From Eledone cirrhosa (taxonomy: Eukaryota), in assembly GCA_964016885.1 (NCBI GenBank), contig OZ024743.1:361398001-361462000 (forward strand): a DNA stretch of 64,000 nt, read 5' to 3'. Both the position numbers and the translations under genes were made by a program. This document shows positions 58,004 to 64,000 of the stretch, one piece after another; position 1 is the first letter of the stretch; every line of letters starts with the position of its first letter. Under the pieces are notes generated by a model. That model was not told the DNA's origin. It was given only the letters and a program-made list of their open reading frames with translations, and did not search any database.

Positions 58004-58004
<1 letters not shown>
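57812..58004 (+). mobile_element. Fold-back PLE terminus (HHR 3' half plus tail) in (TA)n; second copy at 58378-58560, scrap at 56855-56905
   Basis: Near-perfect ~57-bp arms. GAA ACGGC-ttgagctca-GCTGT C forms stem III plus the GUC site. The CUGAnGA half is absent. Confidence 0.75.
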
Positions 58005-58041
<37 letters not shown>

Positions 58042-58181
58042 ATGTATCTGTGCGTGTGTGTGTGCGTGTGTGTTTACTTTTATATTTATTTTTTCCTTTC
58101 CTTCTTCCTTTTCCAGCCTCATTTTCATATATATTATATTTTTGTTTTTAAAATCCACTGTCAATAAATACACCAGGATTT

Positions 58182-58242
58182 TTTCATTCTGATGACTGAA
58201 AGGAAATTTTGTTTGCGTCCAAGAAACCACTGATAAATGAAA
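58182..58242 (+). ncRNA. Type I hammerhead with partly decayed stems II and III
   Basis: TTTCATT CTGATGA ... GAAA CCACTGA TA AATGAAA, with a perfect 7-bp stem I. Confidence 0.7.
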
Positions 58243-58334
58243 TAATTATCTTATGTTGTTTATTACATAACTAATAAGCTGTCTACCCTACATAGAGCAC
58301 TCTTTTTTCCTGGACCTTTCCGATGGAATTACTT

Positions 58335-58380
<46 letters not shown>

Positions 58381-58559
58381 AACAAGTATGTCCCCGACGG
58401 CAGATTTCAAGTGGTTTCGACGGCTGTTTCAAAAATAGCCGTCAAACGGCTTGAGCTCCCCGTCGGGGTCATACTTGTTCCTATTACCCACTCTACTACC
58501 CTAAGTATTGAGTACTTTGGTGCGTTATGGTCCATCTGGTTCCTTACACAATTCCTTTG

Positions 58560-58598
<39 letters not shown>

Positions 58599-58614
58599 CG
58601 TATACATACATACT

Positions 58615-58645
<31 letters not shown>

Positions 58646-58649
58646 GTAA

Positions 58650-58879
58650 ACATCTATGTATTTATCTATGCCGGTATGCATATATAATATATTGTCATAT
58701 TTACAAAAGTATTTTTCTAATATCGTGTTTAATATTTTATATTGTCGTCTGCTTCTCTTCTCACAACATATGTTAACTTACTGTCCCACTCTCTCTCTTT
58801 CTTTCCCCTCTCACACAGCCTTTTCTTTCTCTCTTTTTTGCCAGTCCTTTGTATCATACAGCCTTCTCTCTATCTCACC

Positions 58880-58931
<52 letters not shown>

Positions 58932-60105
58932 CTTCCTTTTTTGTCTCTTTCTTTCTGTCGCTGTTTCCCTCCTATAGACATTTCTCTCTCTTTATTTTTC
59001 TCTCTCTTCTACTCTGCACTTTCTACTTCCTCTTCTTTCTCAATGTACCCCATTTATCGGAGTTATGAGTAAAACATACACACGTATACGTACAGATATA
59101 AATATACATTTATATATTCATTTTTACCTTTATTGTATTACTTTATACCACCCCTGACTATTTTTACTGTATTTTAATTTTTTCATTTTTCATTTATATT
59201 TTATTCTTTATTTTTATTATTATATGTATCCATACCTTGTCTGACATTGTGTCTCGCTATATCACCAATTACCCCTGCTCATCTTTCAAATGTTCATGTC
59301 TGTATGTGTGTATATGTATATTTGTGTACGTCGCCTTATATGTATGTATGTATGGGTGTGTACTGCGTATGTTTAGCCCTAACTTTTTATGCTTTTCTCT
59401 GAGTGTGTTTTTTGTGTTTTAGTTTTAGTCTTTTTGTTTCTTCGCCTTTCGTTTGTTTTTTTTCTTTACGTCCGTAAGTGTGCATGCTTGTTTTTATTTA
59501 ATTTTTATTAATATATTTTTTTTCATAAGGTTTTTTATTTTTATTTTTAATTTTATTTTTATCTTTAATTTTTATTATATTATTTTACCATTGCATTTTT
59601 ATATTTTAATGTATGTATATATTCTTATTTATATGAGCGTATATAGTCGTCTATCAACTACTATATATGTATTTTACTTCTACCTTCATTTATGTATACG
59701 TGTCTTCATATGAGTACTTACACATATATTTTTACTATACACATGCAATTGTATATGTAGATTTATCTATGTATGTATATATAAAATATTGTCATATTTA
59801 CAAGAATATTTTACTAATATCGTGTTTAATATTTTATATTGTCTGCTTCTCTTCTCACAACTTGTTGTTACTTACTCTCTCACTCTCTCTTTCTTTCTCC
59901 TCTCACAGCCACTTCTTTCTCTCTCTTTTTGCCAGTCCCTTCTCTCACACAGCCTTCTCTCTCTCTCTCTCTTTCTCTCTCTTCCCCTTTTTTCTTTGTC
60001 TCTTTCTTTCTGTCGCTGTTTCCCTCCTATAGACATTATCTCTCTTTCTTTTTCTGTCCCTCTCTCTCTTCTACTCTGCACTTTCTATTTCCTTCTCTTT
60101 CTCAA
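58650..60105. repeat. Imperfect ~350-bp pyrimidine-rich direct repeat (58650-59043 and 59762-60105)
   Basis: Both copies share ttgtcatatttacaa..tctcacacagcc..ctgtcgctgtttccctcctatagacatt..ctactctgcactttcta. Confidence 0.8.
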
Positions 60106-60317
60106 CTGCGTTCCTGCTTACGGCAGTTCTAATGGAGATTTTTTTAACGCAGAGTCACACAAGGATTAGAAAAATGGCGATTATCACTATGCAATAAGTA
60201 GTTGTTATTGACACGTCTCGCATCCTCCTTTGGCAATGTGTAACATTTTAGCGAGATCGGGTGAACAATACGCAAGTTATAATACTTTACACACACAGAC
60301 AGAATGGGACTTATATA

Positions 60318-60376
<59 letters not shown>

Positions 60377-60503
60377 TATATTAGGTATAGGATTACCCAA
60401 GATGTAGTACTGTAGTACATTTGTAAGCACACGGAATAAATTACCTTATTTGATGTCTATCTGTTATTATTCATTCTTTAGATATATATATATATATATA
60501 AAT

Positions 60504-60534
<31 letters not shown>

Positions 60535-60539
60535 TCATT

Positions 60540-62822
60540 AGCTAAGAAAAACAAGACCACAAATTTCACAAGGTAGACAGTATTAAAAGATTGTCAACAT
60601 AGTTTTAGTTTGATGTAAGGAATGTAGAGAATAATAATAATAATATTAATAATAATAATGTATGTTTACAATTGTTTCGCTACTCCGTATTTCTGGATCA
60701 AATGGTTATAGATCATTATTGATCTGGTTTAGTTGAAAATAATTAACTTAGGTACAATTGAACAGCTCATTGGAACTTCAGAAGGAATATAAATTAAAAT
60801 AAGGAAAGAATGTTACATGAATGTAATGTTCCATATATTGGTATTTCACTATGGTGACCTGGGTATATCTATTGTCTGCCATAGTCGAGCAGTATTCTTC
60901 TGTCGAGGCTGCATTGTGTGAGATCTGCCTATGGGTAACAAGATGGCCGCCAATGGACATATTTACCTTACTAATTAGAGGGTGGTTTCAGGGGAAGTAA
61001 CTCCTCGAGAAATTAGAAATTGTGGGTAGTTTATAGTTAAGAAGTGCTAATTCTGTTCATTTTTTTTATAGAGAGACAATGTAAGGGAGGTAACTTATAA
61101 TTATCTAAGTTAGCTATAACTATTTAACGTATTAGCTATAAGTAAAAATGGGAATAGATGACTATGTTGGGTCAAATATTCTGTTGGCGAAGGAATTAGC
61201 CTTTCGATGTTGACAGCTAATAGTTACCTCCGTTCTATCGTTAATCTGTAGAGGTCACAAGAGTTTCTTTATTAATTGAACGGTTGGGCCCAAGCCAATA
61301 TATCCCATGTTAGTGAGTGTTCAATTTAAGGTTTTTAATGAGCCTAGCTAGAGATGTCGAACATCTGTTGTTAGGGTCTCGGAAGGAAAAAGAGTGCGCG
61401 TTATAGCGTACCTTAAAAGGGTTAGAGGTATAGCCGATATAGGAGCTGGTATGCGAAGCAGTTTTAACTGTGCACCTATAAACTATATTGGGTGTCAGGC
61501 AATGTCCGTTTAGTGGGCATGCATTAGGGTAATGGCAGTTGCAGTATTTTCTGCGGTTAGTGAGAGTACGGGTGTTTAAATTATGCGGTGGTCCGTGCTA
61601 GAAAGATTAGATGGGGGAGGTGTGCTACTAGAGTAAGTATTGGTGTAGTGGCGTGGTGTATTTGATGGGGGTGGTGGTACCGCGGTGTGGGAGTTATACT
61701 GTCTTAGTTTATGATGGTTACTGAATGCGATGTGGCTAGCTAGGTTAGGTGTTGTGGAGAATGAGAATTTAATGTTGTTTAAATATCTATGGTTGGGGGA
61801 AATGTTTAGATAGGATAGAGAAGAAGCGTTTAGAGATATTAGTGGCTAGATTAGATTAGATGAGAATGCGGGGTTAAGCCAGGTGATATTTCTAGGCCTA
61901 TTCCTTCTAAGGGTACTAGTGGAGTTGGTAGGGGCCTTCATATGGTTATTATTACCTGGACATTTGTTATTTGTCATCCCATTACTCATTCCTATTCTAG
62001 GGTTGATTTTTAGTTTGCTACTTGGAGTGGGAAGTAGGCCACTGCCACCATTAAGTTTCCCTATAGGTGCTGTTACTGCGAAAATTCCGGCGAATCTTGC
62101 TATATGCTAACGTATTTCTAGTTCTAGTGTTAAGTTTATTATGGTTGTGGTGAAATGCTGTGTTATGGCATTTAGGGATGTAGTAAATGGACTGTTCATA
62201 ACCAGATTCAGAAAGAGCCTTATTATAATATGCCGCATGGTTTATAAATATCTCCTCATTTGCTGATAGCATGGAGATCCTATACGAGATAGATTTGATT
62301 ACTGCTCTGATGACTGCCGGTGGGTGGTTAGAGTGTGGGCTAATATATGTAAGTATTTCACCTGGTTTATGATAAGGGTAATATAGGTTAATATTCTAGG
62401 GTAACGTCTAGGAAGTTTACTATTTTATGGTTATTTTAAAAGAATCTATGTAATTGTTTTTTGAGCAAGTCAATGCCTCGATTAGTCCAATTGTGAACTG
62501 CAAATAGAGCGTCGTCCCTATATATTCCGCCTTGCAAGGGATGGATTTCAGCTCTGATGTTATGTAATATGTAAATTCCAACTAAATCGGTGATTTGCGC
62601 AGAGTCACTTGAGCCCATAGTGATGTCAACATTGTCTGTTCTGTCTTTTCTAGTCCAGAGTGCTCCGTTGAATTCAATGATGGTCTGCCTAGCCATAAGT
62701 ATGATGTCAATCTCATTATTGGTTATATCAGAGTTGGTGCTGGCTAGGTTTAATGCTTTGTTGAGCAGTGCCGGGATTATTGAAGCGTAATAGCTGTCAA
62801 TGTCAAATTGGAGGAACCTCAT
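60540..62822 (-). mobile_element. Decayed 5'-truncated PLE (RT core 62436-62822, thumb, linker, GIY-YIG ~61200-61560, pseudo-LTR)
   Basis: LQFDIDSYYASI, MGSSDSAQITDLVG, GGIYRDDAL, WLNPAF, YCNCH..CPLNGHCL..IVY. An HHR 3' half GAAACAATTGTA lies at ~60666-60679(-). Confidence 0.88.
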
Positions 62823-62916
62823 AGATTCCTTGCAAATCAGGGACGATCAGTCACTGCGTATTTTTGAAAACAGCAGATATTTTCACTAGTTCTGACAGTT
62901 TGGCAGGTGAACAGTC

Positions 62917-62964
62917 AGCTGTACTGATGAACGGTGATACCCAGAAACATTAGTGTCTGCAGTT
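62917..62964 (+). ncRNA. Type I hammerhead ribozyme; sister copy at 63567-63608
   Basis: AGCTGTA CTGATGA A(C/G)GGT-GAT-ACCCA GAAA CA-TTAG-TG TC TGCAGTT, GUC site. Confidence 0.88.
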
Positions 62965-63083
62965 CTGATCACATGCCAACAGAAAAGCAAGAATGAAGGG
63001 TTCATTCTACTGACATAGCTATAAAATTTGGGCTTGCTTGCATAATTGCAACCAAATCGAATGCTATTATTAATATTCGAAAA

Positions 63084-63271
63084 TCAGGCGGTGGATTGGC
63101 AGTATCGGTAGAGGGTCGGACGCTATGCTTTCCTGCATAGTTACGTCCCTTTACGATCTGAGTTCAAATCCCGCCGAGGTTGACTTTTCCTTTCATCCTT
63201 ACGGGGTCGATAAAATAAAGTACCAGTAATGTACTGGGTAATTGCTGGCCTTGTGCCTAAAAGTAGAGACA
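63084..63271 (+). mobile_element. SINE inserted in array 3 with a probable 18-bp target-site duplication
   Basis: ATTATTAATATTCGAAAA at 63066-63083 and 63272-63289. The second unit has a single (empty) site near 63699. Confidence 0.85.
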
Positions 63272-63763
63272 ATTATTAATATTCGAAAAACTCAGATTAC
63301 ATTTATTGTGTTCAGCCATGTAGAGCGAAAACATTTTCTTTTTTATGTGAATTTGGCAAAGCCGGCCATTTATCGCTCGTATACAGGAAACTGACCGACC
63401 AGTCTGTTGCTATGCAAATCAGGCTGATCAGTGGATCTGATAATATGCAGATCTGACTGGTCAGCCAATCTGCTAATATGCAAATCAGGCCGATCAGTCA
63501 CTGTGTATTTTTGAAAATAGCATATATATTCACTAGTTCTGACGGTTTGGCAGGTGAACAGTGAGCTGTACTGATGAAGGGTGATACCCAGAAACATTAG
63601 TGTCTGCATACCAACACAAAGCAAGAATGAAGGGTTCATCTACTGACATGACCATAAAATTGAGGCTTGTTTGCATAATTGCAACCGAATCGAATGTTAT
63701 TATTAATAATCGAAAAACAGATTACATTTATTGTATTCAGCTATGTAGAGCAAAGAAATTTTC

Positions 63764-63804
<41 letters not shown>

Positions 63805-64000
63805 GTGGGCGAAGAAGAAGATTTTGTCAATTTACTTTTCAATTTACACGCCGAGGGGCGGTTTTTCTGCTATTATATTTAATTGGATGTGAAAAACGAT
63901 GAAATTGAACTCAATATAGCTATTAGAATTCATATATTTTTTCAAAGCATATAATATCAGCTAGAAACTTTTTTTTTTTTTTTTTTGTAGCAAAATAAAA

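Larger units (their letters stand above)
62830..63768 (+). mobile_element. Retrozyme-like tandem array 3: about 1.7 units of ~441 nt, the first interrupted by a SINE
   Basis: CTGATGA at 62924 and 63571 (647 nt apart, minus a 206-nt SINE insertion). Octamers at 63412, 63445 (variant) and 63478. Ends in (TA)n. Confidence 0.82.

Overview
AT-rich, microsatellite-dense animal DNA with no recognisable host gene. The SINE family and the (TA)n/(CA)n load point to an octopus or other cephalopod genome (inference). The window is a nest of decayed retroelements: several Penelope-like elements (PLEs; RT plus GIY-YIG) and their pseudo-LTRs, mostly arranged as inverted repeats or fold-back hairpins in (TA)n; R4/Dong-like, RTE-like and L1/Tx1-like LINE remnants; tRNA-derived SINEs; and a Helitron fragment. 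Reading both strands by eye gives about 25 type I hammerhead ribozyme (HHR) motifs in about a dozen sequence families, several with variant catalytic cores (U3-A8, U4A, U4C). The main candidate for a new system is three diverged, non-coding tandem arrays with 441-466 nt units (26.4-27.5 kb, 36.8-37.9 kb, 62.8-63.8 kb). Each unit carries one HHR, with an octamer (ATGCAAAT) about 90-100 nt upstream and a TATA-like box between them. These look like retrozyme-type, possibly circular-RNA-producing elements with an internal snRNA-like promoter, apparently mobilised by PLEs. All structures were paired manually and boundaries are approximate.
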